From assembly GCF_001194135.2 (NCBI RefSeq), contig NC_068998.1:16978848-17042847 (forward strand): DNA of 64,000 bases. The letters run 5' to 3'. Numbering within the stretch: position 1 is the stretch's first letter; every line of letters starts with the position of its first letter. Below are positions 51,942-64,000 of the stretch, in pieces. Below the pieces are notes generated by a model. That model ran no database searches. It had not been told where the DNA came from and worked only from the letters and a program-made list of their open reading frames with translations. Origin of the DNA: Octopus bimaculoides (lineage: Eukaryota). The position numbers were made by a program, and so were the translations under genes.

Positions 51942-52310
51942 NNNNNNNNNNNNNNNNNNNNNNNNNNNNNNNNNNNNNNNNNNNNNNNNNNNNNNNNNNN
52001 NNNNNNNNNNNNNNNNNNNNNNNNNNNNNNNNNNNNNNNNNNNNNNNNNNNNNNNNNNNNNNNNNNNNNNNNNNNNNNNNNNNNNNNNNNNNNNNNNNNN
52101 NNNNNNNNNNNNNNNNNNNNNNNNNNNNNNNNNNNNNNNNNNNNNNNNNNNNNNNNNNNNNNNNNNNNNNNNNNNNNNNNNNNNNNNNNNNNNNNNNNNN
52201 NNNNNNNNNNNNNNNNNNNNNNNNNNNNNNNNNNNNNNNNNNNNNNNNNNNNNNNNNNNNNNNNNNNNNNNNNNNNNNNNNNNNNNNNNNNNNNNNNNNN
52301 NNNNNNNNNN
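51942..52310. other. Assembly gap within a (CT)n tract
   Basis: N characters flanked by (CT)n. Confidence 1.
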
Positions 52311-52353
<43 letters not shown>

Positions 52354-52869
52354 ATGCAAAACTCATCTTTTGTTTTAATCATTAGACTGCAGCCATGCTA
52401 GGGCACCACCTTGAACATTCCAACACTGGTTATCCAACAGATGAGGGACAGACAAAGACACAAACAGATGTGGGTGTGTGTGTATATATATATATATACA
52501 CACACACAATGGGCTTCTTTCAGTTTCTGTCTACCAAATCTACTCACAAGACTTTGGTTGGCCAGAGGCAATAGTAGAAGACACTGAACCTGGAACCATG
52601 TGACTGGGAGGAAAGCTTCTTAAAACACAGCCAAGCTTGTGCCAGACGAAGTTGTTGAGGTGAAAGAGTAGGTGGTAGTATTTATGATGCTTAAATATAG
52701 CATGGTTGTGTGGTTGAGAAGTTCGTTTTGCAACCACATGGTTTCAGGTTCAGTCTCACTGCATGGCACTTTGGGCAAGTGTCTTCCACTATAACCTTGA
52801 GTCATACAAAGCCTTGAGTGAATTTGGTACATGAAAAGTGTGTGAAAACCCATTATATATTGTTCGTTC

Positions 52870-53180
52870 ATCATTTAACATCCGCTTTCCATGCTAGCAT
52901 GGGTTGGACGATTTGACTGAGGACTGGTGCAACTGGATGGCTACACCAGGCTCCAATCTAATTTGGCAGAGTTTCTACAGCTGGATGCCCTTCCTAACGC
53001 CAACCACTCAGAGAGTGTAGTGGGTGCTTTTACGTGTCACACGCATGAAAACGGCCACGCTCGACATGGTGTCTTTTATGTGTCACCCGCACAAGAGCCA
53101 GTCCAGGGGCCCTGGCAACGATCTCACTTGGCTTGCCGGGTCTTCTCACGCACAGCACATTTCCAAAGGTCTCGGTCAGT
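52870..53180 (-). mobile_element. RTE-tail repeat (family C) copy
   Basis: Near-identical to 24955-25240. Confidence 0.8.
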
Positions 53181-54779
53181 ATATATATATATATATATAT
53201 ATAATATAACATCCTCATCTTTTAACATCCATTTTCCATGCTGACATGGGCTGGACTGTTTGACCAGAGCTGGAGAGTTGCACCAGATTCCAATCTGATT
53301 TGACTTTGTTTCTATGGCTGAATGCCCTTCCTAATGCCAACCACTTTACAAAGTGTGCTGGGTTCTTTTAACTGCATGAGCGCTTTATTATGTGGCGCTG
53401 GCACAAGGCTCTTGAGAGACAATCCTCTTCATCAGGGGGAATAGCATTACCATTTCTGCTGTAGTGGACAGGTCGTGTGTGTTGTATGTGTTTATATCCC
53501 TGTAACTTAACAGTTCAGCAAACGAAACCAATAGAATAAGCACAAAATTTGAAAATGAAACGAAACGAAACGTGCTCGCTTCGAGTTGTTCAACTAAAAA
53601 CCTCAAAACAGTGTCTTAGCATGGCTGCATACCAATAACTGAAACAAGTAAAAGATAATGTGTTGCCGAAAATGGAGATAACTGTGTAATAATTCCTAAA
53701 CGATTAGAGCATTATAGCATTGAAACTATTACTCTTGCAGTGATACGAATAAATGAGTCTAAGGGAGACAATTCTTTGTCTTCAGGTTTAAAAAATCCTA
53801 TTCTATTTTTATAGTTAAATATTATTAGGAATTGTATAAAAAAATATTTTATGTATTGCAGAAGTATTACCAATTTATTGTGCATAAATTTTATCAACAA
53901 AATATCATATGGGCCCCGGTTGAGAACCAATGAATTAGATATTAGTTTTCACATCTTTCAGTGAGAGACAGATACATATCCTCATAATTTAAAATCCTTT
54001 TTGCATGAGTTACATAGAGATTTGCCACTTGCTTTGGCCCTTTCTTATCTTCATAAGGTCTATCACTCACCTTTTCTTTCCCATGTCTTTCTCATCTGCA
54101 GATTACTTCTAGGATCGTTTGCCAGAGCTTTTACTCAACTGTAATTCTCAGTGCACATCACATGCCCATACCAGCATATATCTATTGCACACTACAACTA
54201 TTTCTTTCATCTCACCAATACTCCATTGTCCATTTACACAGACATTACACATTCAGTGGAATATATTCAGCTTATTTCTTTCCAGCCTTCAGAAATCCAC
54301 TCCATTCAATGCTTAGGTTTTGCCACAATGCAATACTGCACTTTGTACATCCTACAAGCATTGTATACCTACTTTTACTCTGACAATAGAATCCCTTTGT
54401 TGCCATAAGATGTAATAGTTTCCTGAGCTTCTTTCACTCCATTCTTACTCTGGCTACTATGCTTTTAAAACATCCACCCCAACTATTAATTAGGTAACAG
54501 AAGCTGTCAACTGCTTTCGAGGAGTAACTGACTGTGAATTCAGTTAATGGGTGCTCTTAATTGCTAAGTAATTCTGTGTATTTACTACATCCAAAGTGCT
54601 TTCTCTGTCAGCCTGCCAGTAGTAACTCATGGTATCTGTAGAGCACCTATAGTTTACATAAGGTATACCATATGCAATTCCTCCCTCCTCCTTTTCTGCA
54701 TATTGCAGAATACTGTATCCTTTTCTGTTAAATAAATCTTTTGTCTTTGATAAAGCTTTGATAAGACCTACCAAAGGTT

Positions 54780-55010
54780 TAATTCCACATTTGGAATTTC
54801 TCTAAATTTCTGATAGCTTCAGCGATGGGAACTGTAAAATCGAAAAATAGTGCAGCACTCTTTCAGAGACATTTTTTCACACCCAAAATTGTTGAAGCAT
54901 GGAATAAACTACCTGACTCAATTGTTAGTTTTCAGAACATTGCATCCTTCAAAAATTCCATGCTTTCTAAAATTTTCACCCTTTGCACCCTATGCACCCT
55001 TTTCCCTTTA
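54780..55010 (+). mobile_element. CR1-like LINE 3' fragment
   Basis: RHFFTPKIVEAWNKLPDSIVSFQNIASFKNS resembles the CR1 C-terminal FFS.RV...WN.LP..VV......FK motif. Confidence 0.7.
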
Positions 55011-55086
55011 AGTCTTTTTTAACGTTTACTTTTCACTAAATTACTTGGAATTTAAGAAACCAACACCGGTTGTCAAATGGTAATGA

Positions 55087-55121
<35 letters not shown>

Positions 55122-55262
55122 GCACACATAAGCATACGACGGTCTTCTTTCAGTTTCCGTCTACCAAATGTTGAATTTTTTTCGGAAGGCCACGGACAGC
55201 CTTTAGAAGCGTTACGTGTTCACCATTGTTCTAGAGAGAGAGAAAATACCGTATTTGATGGC

Positions 55263-56155
55263 NNNNNNNNNNNNNNNNNNNNNNNNNNNNNNNNNNNNNN
55301 NNNNNNNNNNNNNNNNNNNNNNNNNNNNNNNNNNNNNNNNNNNNNNNNNNNNNNNNNNNNNNNNNNNNNNNNNNNNNNNNNNNNNNNNNNNNNNNNNNNN
55401 NNNNNNNNNNNNNNNNNNNNNNNNNNNNNNNNNNNNNNNNNNNNNNNNNNNNNNNNNNNNNNNNNNNNNNNNNNNNNNNNNNNNNNNNNNNNNNNNNNNN
55501 NNNNNNNNNNNNNNNNNNNNNNNNNNNNNNNNNNNNNNNNNNNNNNNNNNNNNNNNNNNNNNNNNNNNNNNNNNNNNNNNNNNNNNNNNNNNNNNNNNNN
55601 NNNNNNNNNNNNNNNNNNNNNNNNNNNNNNNNNNNNNNNNNNNNNNNNNNNNNNNNNNNNNNNNNNNNNNNNNNNNNNNNNNNNNNNNNNNNNNNNNNNN
55701 NNNNNNNNNNNNNNNNNNNNNNNNNNNNNNNNNNNNNNNNNNNNNNNNNNNNNNNNNNNNNNNNNNNNNNNNNNNNNNNNNNNNNNNNNNNNNNNNNNNN
55801 NNNNNNNNNNNNNNNNNNNNNNNNNNNNNNNNNNNNNNNNNNNNNNNNNNNNNNNNNNNNNNNNNNNNNNNNNNNNNNNNNNNNNNNNNNNNNNNNNNNN
55901 NNNNNNNNNNNNNNNNNNNNNNNNNNNNNNNNNNNNNNNNNNNNNNNNNNNNNNNNNNNNNNNNNNNNNNNNNNNNNNNNNNNNNNNNNNNNNNNNNNNN
56001 NNNNNNNNNNNNNNNNNNNNNNNNNNNNNNNNNNNNNNNNNNNNNNNNNNNNNNNNNNNNNNNNNNNNNNNNNNNNNNNNNNNNNNNNNNNNNNNNNNNN
56101 NNNNNNNNNNNNNNNNNNNNNNNNNNNNNNNNNNNNNNNNNNNNNNNNNNNNNNN
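55263..56155. other. Assembly gap (N run)
   Basis: N characters. Confidence 1.
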
Positions 56156-56490
56156 ATGACTTACAACTCCTGACATTTTTATGAATTCTCTTCCGTGGTC
56201 ATTTATTTGAGTTTTTGTACAGCCATGCTGACAAATAACATCCTCAAAGAGAAACTTTTCCACACTTTCCGCTCTGTGATCTTTCAAAGGTTGAGCCTCA
56301 GGTCATTTGGAAAAGTAATCTATTGCAACAATAACCATCATCTGTTTTCGGCAAATTGGTGATATCGACACCAATTTGGGCCATCACTTCATTTGGCACA
56401 GTAACAGGATGAAGCTCTCCAACATTAATTTTATGAACAGGGTTCACTTTTTGACACCGATCACAAGACAAAACAAAGTAACTAAGTGAA
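56156..56490 (-). pseudogene. Gypsy-type DDE integrase fragment (GIN/Ginger-like)
   Basis: FVLSCDRCQKVN (zinc finger CxxC)...ELHPVTVP..VMAQIGVDITNLP, a frameshift, then IVAIDYFSK*PEAQPLKD...FLFEDVICQHGC...INDHGREF. Truncated by the gap. Confidence 0.85.
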
Positions 56491-57169
56491 AACTCCAACT
56501 AAATGCAAGCTCTGCCTTCCTCTTTGATTTACATTACTTTCTCTTTCATTTACAAATGTATATGACACATACACATAAAGAACATCAACACATACATTTA
56601 ATGAGTTCACCCATTGTCTCCCTATTTGCTCTCATGGTAATGAACACTTGGGGAAGGATTTTAGGTGGGGGTAATCTGAAATCGTTAGGAATAACTTGAA
56701 ATCGATTTCAAATTACCTCCGGGGGTAATCTGAAAGCGATTTCAAGTTACTGGGGGGTGGAGAGTGGGGTAACATTTCACTGTTAGTGGCCCAGTCCCTC
56801 CAAAAGTCTCAAACACCTCAAGTTGGAAGAGATAGTTAGAATTTTTGCAAGGATAGGGTGAGGAGTTTCAGAAAATTCACATATGTTGGTTTTGTCCCCA
56901 CAAAACTTTCGGAAAAAAAGGTATTTTTAAATGCCTCTCAGAGTGTGTAAATTATGATTATATCGTTATTCAATATGAACAGGAAAATTGATGAGTGCAC
57001 ACACACATACATTCTGACACATGGCACAATTTTGTTCGAAATTTCCAGTTTTATCCTGTAGATATGTATCAAGTATGTCATTATATACGTGCGTGAATCC
57101 ATTCGTACATGCAGACTGGGAGGAGGTACGTTAGGAAAATTGTATTAAATCCTAGATCTTTTATCTTTT

Positions 57170-57371
57170 AGCTTTTACCTGTTTCAGTCATTAGGCTGCA
57201 ACTGCGCTGGAGAACCACCTTGAAGAATTTGTAGTTAAACGAATCAACCCCAGTACTTTTTAAAATTATTTTAAGCCTGGTACTCATTCTGTTGATCATC
57301 TTTTGTTGAACCATTGAGTTATAGGGATGTAAACACACCAACACCAGTTGTCAAGTGGTGGTGGTGGTGGA

Positions 57372-57407
<36 letters not shown>

Positions 57408-58316
57408 ACAGGCTTCTTTTCAGTTTCTATCTATCAAATACCCTCACAAGGTTCTGCTCAGCTTGAGGCGATAGCAGAAGACACTTGCCCATGATGCCAT
57501 GCAGTGGGACTGAACCCAGAACCATGTGTGTGGGAAGTAAGCTTTTTACCACACACCATATATATAGACATTTAGGAAGAATTTCTTTTATGAAAAGACA
57601 TAAGGTGCTAAAATTCAGAGAATTAAAATCTATTAAAATCACATATTTGTATTTTGGCTTTAATGTCAGTCTTGAATCATTGAGCATTTTGGTAAAAAGC
57701 CCTTTTTATTTTAGTTAGATAGAGACATAGGTGCTGACATGGCTGTGTGGTTAAGAAGCTTGTTTTTCTACCATGTTGCTTCAGGTTCAGTCCCACTGCA
57801 TGGCACATTCGGTAAGTCTTCTACTCTAGCCCTAAGCTAACCAATGCCTTGTGAGTAAATTTGGTAGATGGAAACTGTGTGGAAGCCCATCATATAAATA
57901 TATGTATTTGTGTAAATCTGTGTATCTGTTTGTGTTTGTTTCCGTCCCCACAACTTGACAGCTGGAGTTGGTTTGTTTACATCCCTGTAACTTAGCAGGT
58001 CAGCAAAAGAGACTGACTGTATAAGTACTAAACTTACAAATCAAGTACTGAGGTCAATTTGTTTGACTAAACCCTTTGAGGCAGTGCCCCAGTATGGTCA
58101 CAGTCCAATAACTGAAACAATTAAGAAAAGAAAAAACAGAAAAATATAAGGCACAGGAGTGGCTGTGTGGTAAGTAGCTTGCTTAGCAAAACCACATGAT
58201 TCTGGGTTCAGTCCCACTGCATGGCACCTTGGGCAAGTGCCTTCTACTATAGCCTCAGGCTGACCAAAGCCTTGTGAGTGGATTTGGTAGGTGGAAACTG
58301 GAAGAAGCCTGTTGTG

Positions 58317-58358
<42 letters not shown>

Positions 58359-58580
58359 GTGTGTATATGTTTCCATATTTGTGTTTGTCCTCCCAACATT
58401 GCTTGACAACCAATGCTGGTGTGTTTACATCCCCATAACTTAATGGTTCAGCAAAAGAGACTGATAGAATAAGTACTAGGCTTCCAAAGAATAAGTCCTG
58501 GCGTTGATTTGTTCGACCTAAAGGCAGTGCTCCAGCATGGCCGCAGTCAAATGACTGAAACAAATAAAAGAATAAAATAA
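57170..58580. mobile_element. Cluster of three SINE family A copies (57170-57560 minus; 57727-58130 plus; 58149-58580 plus)
   Basis: Each has the tRNA-like head tggctgtgtggt...ggttcagtccc, the body and the tail. Confidence 0.8.
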
Positions 58581-58829
58581 TAAAAGAAAGACATTTTTTT
58601 TGTCAAAATATGCTTCTCTGAGATATCACACAAATGTAGATACACCTACAGAATGTCAGTTGTCATAACCACAGGCCTTGGCTATCTGATAAATATATTA
58701 TCAAGTGAGATAAATGAGAAATGAAAAAGAGATGAATATCTGAGCTGCTAAATTTCTTTCTGCATAGTTTTCAAAAATTCAGGCAATTATTAATTTTTCT
58801 TTGTTTTACAAATAAATCCAAATACTGAG

Positions 58830-59112
58830 AATGATGATACATATGCGCATGCATACATGTGCGCATGCATACATATTTGCATACTTACATTTATGCATGC
58901 ATAGATACATGTATAGAAACATACATGTACACATGTATACGTACATGAATGCAAATCATATATGCATGACGTATAGATGCATACATACATAGATGCATAT
59001 ATGCATGCATACATGCATGTGCACATGCCTGAATGCATGCACACACATGCACACACATACACACATGTACACACATGTACACACATACTCACACACACAC
59101 ATACACACACAT
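58830..59112. repeat. (CA)/(ATGC)/(CATA) low-complexity tract
   Basis: Direct reading. Confidence 0.85.
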
Positions 59113-59179
59113 GTACAAGGTTATCAGGACGTAGTCGTAAGAGCGTCAACTAAAATGTCTAGCAATTTTATCCATTGTC

Positions 59180-59495
59180 AGGTACTGAGCTGGCAGAAAT
59201 ATTAATACACCGGGCGAAATGCTTAGCGGTATTTCGTCTGCCGTTATCTTCTGAGTTCAAATTCTGCCGAGGTCGACTTTGCCTTTCATCCTTTTGGGGT
59301 CGATAAATTAAGTACCAGTTATGCACTGGGGTCAATGTAATCGACTTAATCCATTTCTCTGTCCTTGTTTGTCTCCTCTATGTTTAGCCCCTTGTGGGCA
59401 ATAAAGAAATAAGAAACATTAGCATGCCAGGCGAAATGCTTAGAGGTATTTCATCTGTCTTTATGTTCTGAGTTCAAATTCCACCGAGGTCAACT
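59180..59495 (+). mobile_element. SINE family B copy followed by a 5'-truncated second unit
   Basis: Tail aaagaaataa at about 59403-59412 runs straight into gaaacattagcatgccaggcgaaatg. Confidence 0.75.
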
Positions 59496-59839
59496 GCTGA
59501 GGAGGATGAAAAGTTAGAGGGTGACAAAGAGACAGAGAGATAGAAACAAGTGTCTTGCTTTAGTGGAAGTGGCATTGGAGGAGATGATCCAGTATCAGAT
59601 GGTGAAAGGTTAGTGTGTGACAGAGAAATAAAGAGGCAGAAATAGGTGCCTTGCTATAGAGGAAGTACATGGTTACCCAGTGAGAGAGAGAGGGAAAGAG
59701 AAAGAGAAGGAGCAACCAAGAATGAGGGCAGAAATAGTTGAGCTGCTGTAGAGGAGATATGTGGATACCCAGCCAGAGGGAAGAGCGAGGGAAGAGAGAG
59801 TAGGAAATAGCAAAAGTGTATGTATGGTACCCATGTTGA

Positions 59840-60150
59840 TGGCATGTAAAAAAGACCCTTCGAATGTGGGGCCTCATGGAGGCAATGATAAGTGATCGAA
59901 ACCTTTGGCAATATGCCATGGTTGAGAAGATTTGTCAAGCCAAGTGAAAGTGTAGTTGTGGCTGATGCCGGTTTTTATGCGTTGGTGGCACATAAAAAGC
60001 ACCCATTACATTCTTGGAGTGGTTGGCATTAGGAAGGGCATCCAGCCATAGAAACCACACCAAATCAGATTGGAATCTGGTGCAGCTCTCTAGCTTACCA
60101 CTTTCAGTCAAACCATGCCAACATAGAAAGCAGACACTAAATGATGATGA
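59840..60150 (+). mobile_element. RTE 3' end plus family C tail
   Basis: cgaatgtggggcctcatggaggcaatgataagtgatcgaaacctttgg resembles an RTE ORF end (L.EAM.SDR.LWR.AV). It continues into ggttggcattaggaagggcatccagc...aaatgatgatga. Confidence 0.65.
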
Positions 60151-60943
60151 TTATGATGATGTGTGGGTATACAATGGGCAGTTGTTATCCTTCTTTACAT
60201 ATATTGTGTTTAATGTAGCTAAAGCAAGTCAGTCTATATTGGTCACATGTCTCTTGAAGCTGTATTCACTGTAGAGTTTACATTATAACTCCAATTTAAC
60301 AGAGCAGCATCAATTTTCTCCCTGGAACTTCATTGCGGATGTAAGGCATGAGCTAAAGCTTTTATAGTACATAATTACAATTAGGAAGATTGAGTCATTT
60401 AAAAATTAAATACTATCACTATGAATGCAGTTCAGAGCTGGTGAGTAAATTGTTATCCTGTTTGCTCAACTAAATGTAACTCTATAAATTAATCACCTGC
60501 TAATTAGACAAAGTAATCAGTTCTGTGGAGCCAGACACAAACATTCTAGATCATGCAGAAGAACAGTTCATTCTTCACCAGCAAGGGGACTTGCTACATA
60601 GCAATTCAACTAAGGAAAAATAGCAGCCAAATGTTTCTTGAATCACACTCTACCATCTTAAAAATGAAATAACACGTTATATGATGACGGCAGCTTCTTT
60701 GTGTCTGAAGATTATGAGGGAAAGCAGAATGCCCTCGAGTGGCCATGTAATTCAGTCTTTGATGTTGCAAGGCACCTCTTCCTGGCTGTGAGCATCTGTT
60801 CATGCTATTCAATCCCATGCTTTAGACTTGGAGGTCTGAACGCATTGGCTCAGTAGACTAAGATGGCTGCCGGTGACCAGCAAGTTGTGGGTTTTACATT
60901 GGATCAGCCTTCTCCTTGGTGAATTGCCTTACAGGGCCGAAGG

Positions 60944-61046
60944 GTACTAGCTATGGCGGTACATATTCTAAAATTGGAATGATACAAAGAAGATTAGCAT
61001 GGTCCCTGTGCAAGGATGACACGCAAATTCGTGAAGTGTTCCATAT
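60944..61046 (+). ncRNA. U6: U6 snRNA retropseudogene (full length, 103 nt)
   Basis: Ungapped match to human U6 positions 1-103 as I recall the sequence (91/103 by hand). The ACAGAGA box is mutated to ACAAAGA, there are several CpG transitions, and no terminal oligo-T. Confidence 0.93.
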
Positions 61047-61051
61047 CTAAA

Positions 61052-61282
61052 GGTGGCCAGCTGGCAGAAACGTTAGCACACCGGGCGAAATGCTTAGCGG
61101 TATTTCGTCTGCCGCTATGTTCTGAGTTCAAATTCCACCGAGGTCAACTTTGCCTTTTATCCATTCAGGGTTGATAAATTAAGTACCAGTTTTGCTCTGG
61201 GGTCGATATAATTGACTTAATCCCTTTGTCTGTCCTTGTTTGTCCCCTCTGTGTGTAGCCCTTTGTGGGCTGTAAAGAAATA
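61052..61282 (+). mobile_element. SINE family B full-length copy fused to the U6 copy
   Basis: Starts at the family 5' end ggtggccagctggcagaaacgttagc and ends at the family tail aaagaaata. Confidence 0.88.
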
Positions 61283-62600
61283 AGGGCTGAAGGGCTTCTT
61301 CTACTCTGGAGTTGCCAGAAGGGTGTCAAAGGGGGCATCAGACAACCTGAGGGACTCCATTTTTTGTTGCGTTTGCCTCCCTTAGCCTTTCTCTTTCCCG
61401 AGGTTCTCACAAAGCAGTGAGGGATTATGCTTGAAGTTTCCTCCAAGCATATCATACTAATTAACCTATAGCTGGGACCCTAACAGGTGCTGTTACTCCA
61501 GGTCAGAGTAGACCTGGGAACAATAGTGACTGAGAGATGGTTCCACACTCCTCAACACCCTGGAACTTTTGGACCTGGACACTACAAGTGGATGCAGTTA
61601 AAAGTCACATGATTGCTGGTATGTATAGGTGACTGCTGGTTTTCCATAAACAACCTTGCCTGGACTTGTGCTTGGGAGGGGAACTTTCTAGGTGCAATCC
61701 CAGGGTCAGTCATGACCGAAGGGAGTCTTTACCCATTACCCTTTTTTATATTTGACGGAGTAATCTGAATACTAATGGGTTAACCAGGAGGCAAGGCAGT
61801 GGCCTTGATGCTTTACCTCTGTAACTGGTAAGAGAAATGAAAGAAGGTATCCTCAAACCAGAGATTTTGGCCCAAATGTTTGCACCCAAGATGGCATTAA
61901 ACTTGGCAACGAATTAAATCTAATACTTATAAAGCATTGTAGAAATCATTTGTCCAAGGTGTCACACAGCAGGACTGAACCTGAAATCACATGGTTGCAA
62001 AACAAACTTACCTTATCACAAAACCATGTCAGCACCTATATTTATCAATCAAAAATTATTCATTGACTATCTATTTGACCGTGCATTCTTAGTTTTATAT
62101 ATGAGCCAAATACATCCTATTTGATAACTATATATTTAATTTTCAACAAAAAGACCAAAACCAAAAAGAAAAACAACAAAAAACAAACAAAAAAAAACAA
62201 GTGTGTTTAATGTGAACCATCTTGTTTTTAGTGAAACAAAAGAGTGATTCTAATCTTAAAAGCTTGGAAAGTATTTGTGTAGCATATTTCTAAATAGTAG
62301 CCTTTTTTGAATTTTTTTCCATTGTTATAGATTAACATAACTAGCAAGTGTAATGTATCTATATAATGTTTTGACAGGAAGTAGGTAGTTCCAGTACCGT
62401 TTAGTTTGGAAGTAGACCAACTTTTTGAAGTGGATTTATTCTGTTTAAAGTGTGAACTACAAAGAAAGATGACAGCTTCATTTGTAGGTGTCACACACCA
62501 ATAAAAATTGATCAATCAAAAATAAATAAAGAAAATGAATAACTAAGCAAATAAAGTAAAGGACTAGCTAAAAATGCATGGAAGTGCACTTCTGAGTTAC

Positions 62601-62648
<48 letters not shown>

Positions 62649-63186
62649 CAATAAAAGACTTTAATTCTTGGCAAGCTCTAATAGTTGTAATAAAGGCTAA
62701 ATACGTATTTTACCTCACACATGGGAGCAATAAAGAATCAATTTCTTACATAGTTATTCGACTTGCTAGAAACAACAGCCAAATCTCTCTCAACATCTTA
62801 AAAATAATATGATCATAGAAACACTATGTAGGTACAGGCATAGCAGGGTGGTTAAGAAGTACACTTCACAAGCATATGGTTCTAAAGTCAATCCTGCATA
62901 ACACCTCATAATGAGTTATTTTCTGTAGTTTAATTATTTTTCATATTCATATTATAGCAAATAGCTTCTGTTACCCTGCCTGACTAGCACTGTTGAAGGG
63001 CTTGTAGTGAGCATTGTAACTAGAGCATTGTACAAAAAAGATGGAAGTAATTTTGAAAGTCGTCATGTCTGATGACAGCAACCAGTTTCACTCATCAACA
63101 AGGAGCCTTTACATTTGGGTTGGCAACAAGTGGGCTATTGAAGTATTCTCTGTGGGCCTTGTACTGTTTCTAAAAATTTTTCAAGT

Positions 63187-63368
63187 TTAACCCGTTAGCA
63201 TTTAAACCAGCCATATCCAGCCGAAATATTGTATTTGTTTTATCTCCAAAGTGGCCAGATACAGTCTCGTACATGTACCTTACAATGTCTTACTAAAAAT
63301 AAACAATCCCAAAGTTGAAATATCAAAGCTATAAGATAATGCATGATTAAATCAAAACAATGTGAATA
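63187..63368. mobile_element. TTAA MITE copy interrupted by SINE A
   Basis: ttaacccgttagcattt start; MITE sequence resumes after the SINE at about 63925 (gtaagcattac). Confidence 0.65.
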
Positions 63369-63910
<542 letters not shown>

Positions 63911-64000
63911 AAAAGAGAGAGAGTAAGTAAGCATTACTTTTGATGAAGTGAAGGTATATGGCTCAGTGGTTAGAGTGTCGGGCTTACAATCATGAAATAG

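Noticed and set aside
53572-53583. gtgctcgcttcg, identical to the first 12 nt of vertebrate U6
   Set aside because: Embedded in a degenerate SINE A tail, with no further U6 similarity.
53712-53930. Minus-strand ORF ending FFKPEDKELSPLDSFIRITARVIVSML
   Set aside because: No recognisable family and a weak splice context.
51770-56287. Long ORFs (up to 360 aa) around the second and third gaps
   Set aside because: Mostly N translation; only the integrase part right of the third gap is real.
62398-62456. 59-nt minus-strand segment with good acceptor and donor
   Set aside because: No partner exons or homology; could be chance.

Overview
AT-rich, microsatellite- and SINE-dense eukaryotic DNA with three N-gaps. 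The repeat families look like an octopod cephalopod genome (inference). Two spliced genes diverge from a 467-bp spacer. KCMF1 is on the minus strand, with coding exons 1-2 at 18140-18155 and 6633-6800; the rest lies left of the window. QDPR (dihydropteridine reductase) is on the plus strand and complete: 6 coding exons, 18623-45716, 708 nt, 235 aa. The remainder is mostly decayed mobile DNA: two mariner remnants, two tRNA-headed SINE families, an RTE-tail repeat family, TTAA-flanked MITEs, RTE/CR1 fragments and a Gypsy/Ginger-type integrase fragment. Best unexplained structures: (1) a full-length U6 snRNA copy fused to a full-length SINE, with the pair flanked by one 12-bp target-site duplication (60933-61294); (2) a 110-bp-arm near-perfect foldback in QDPR intron 1, next to a decayed Penelope-type hammerhead ribozyme motif, with a second such motif in KCMF1 intron 1; (3) a 24-codon uORF whose stop overlaps the KCMF1 start (TAATG); (4) a 632-bp TSD-flanked, RT-less retrocopy nested in a mariner. 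All alignments were done by eye; no database searches were run.
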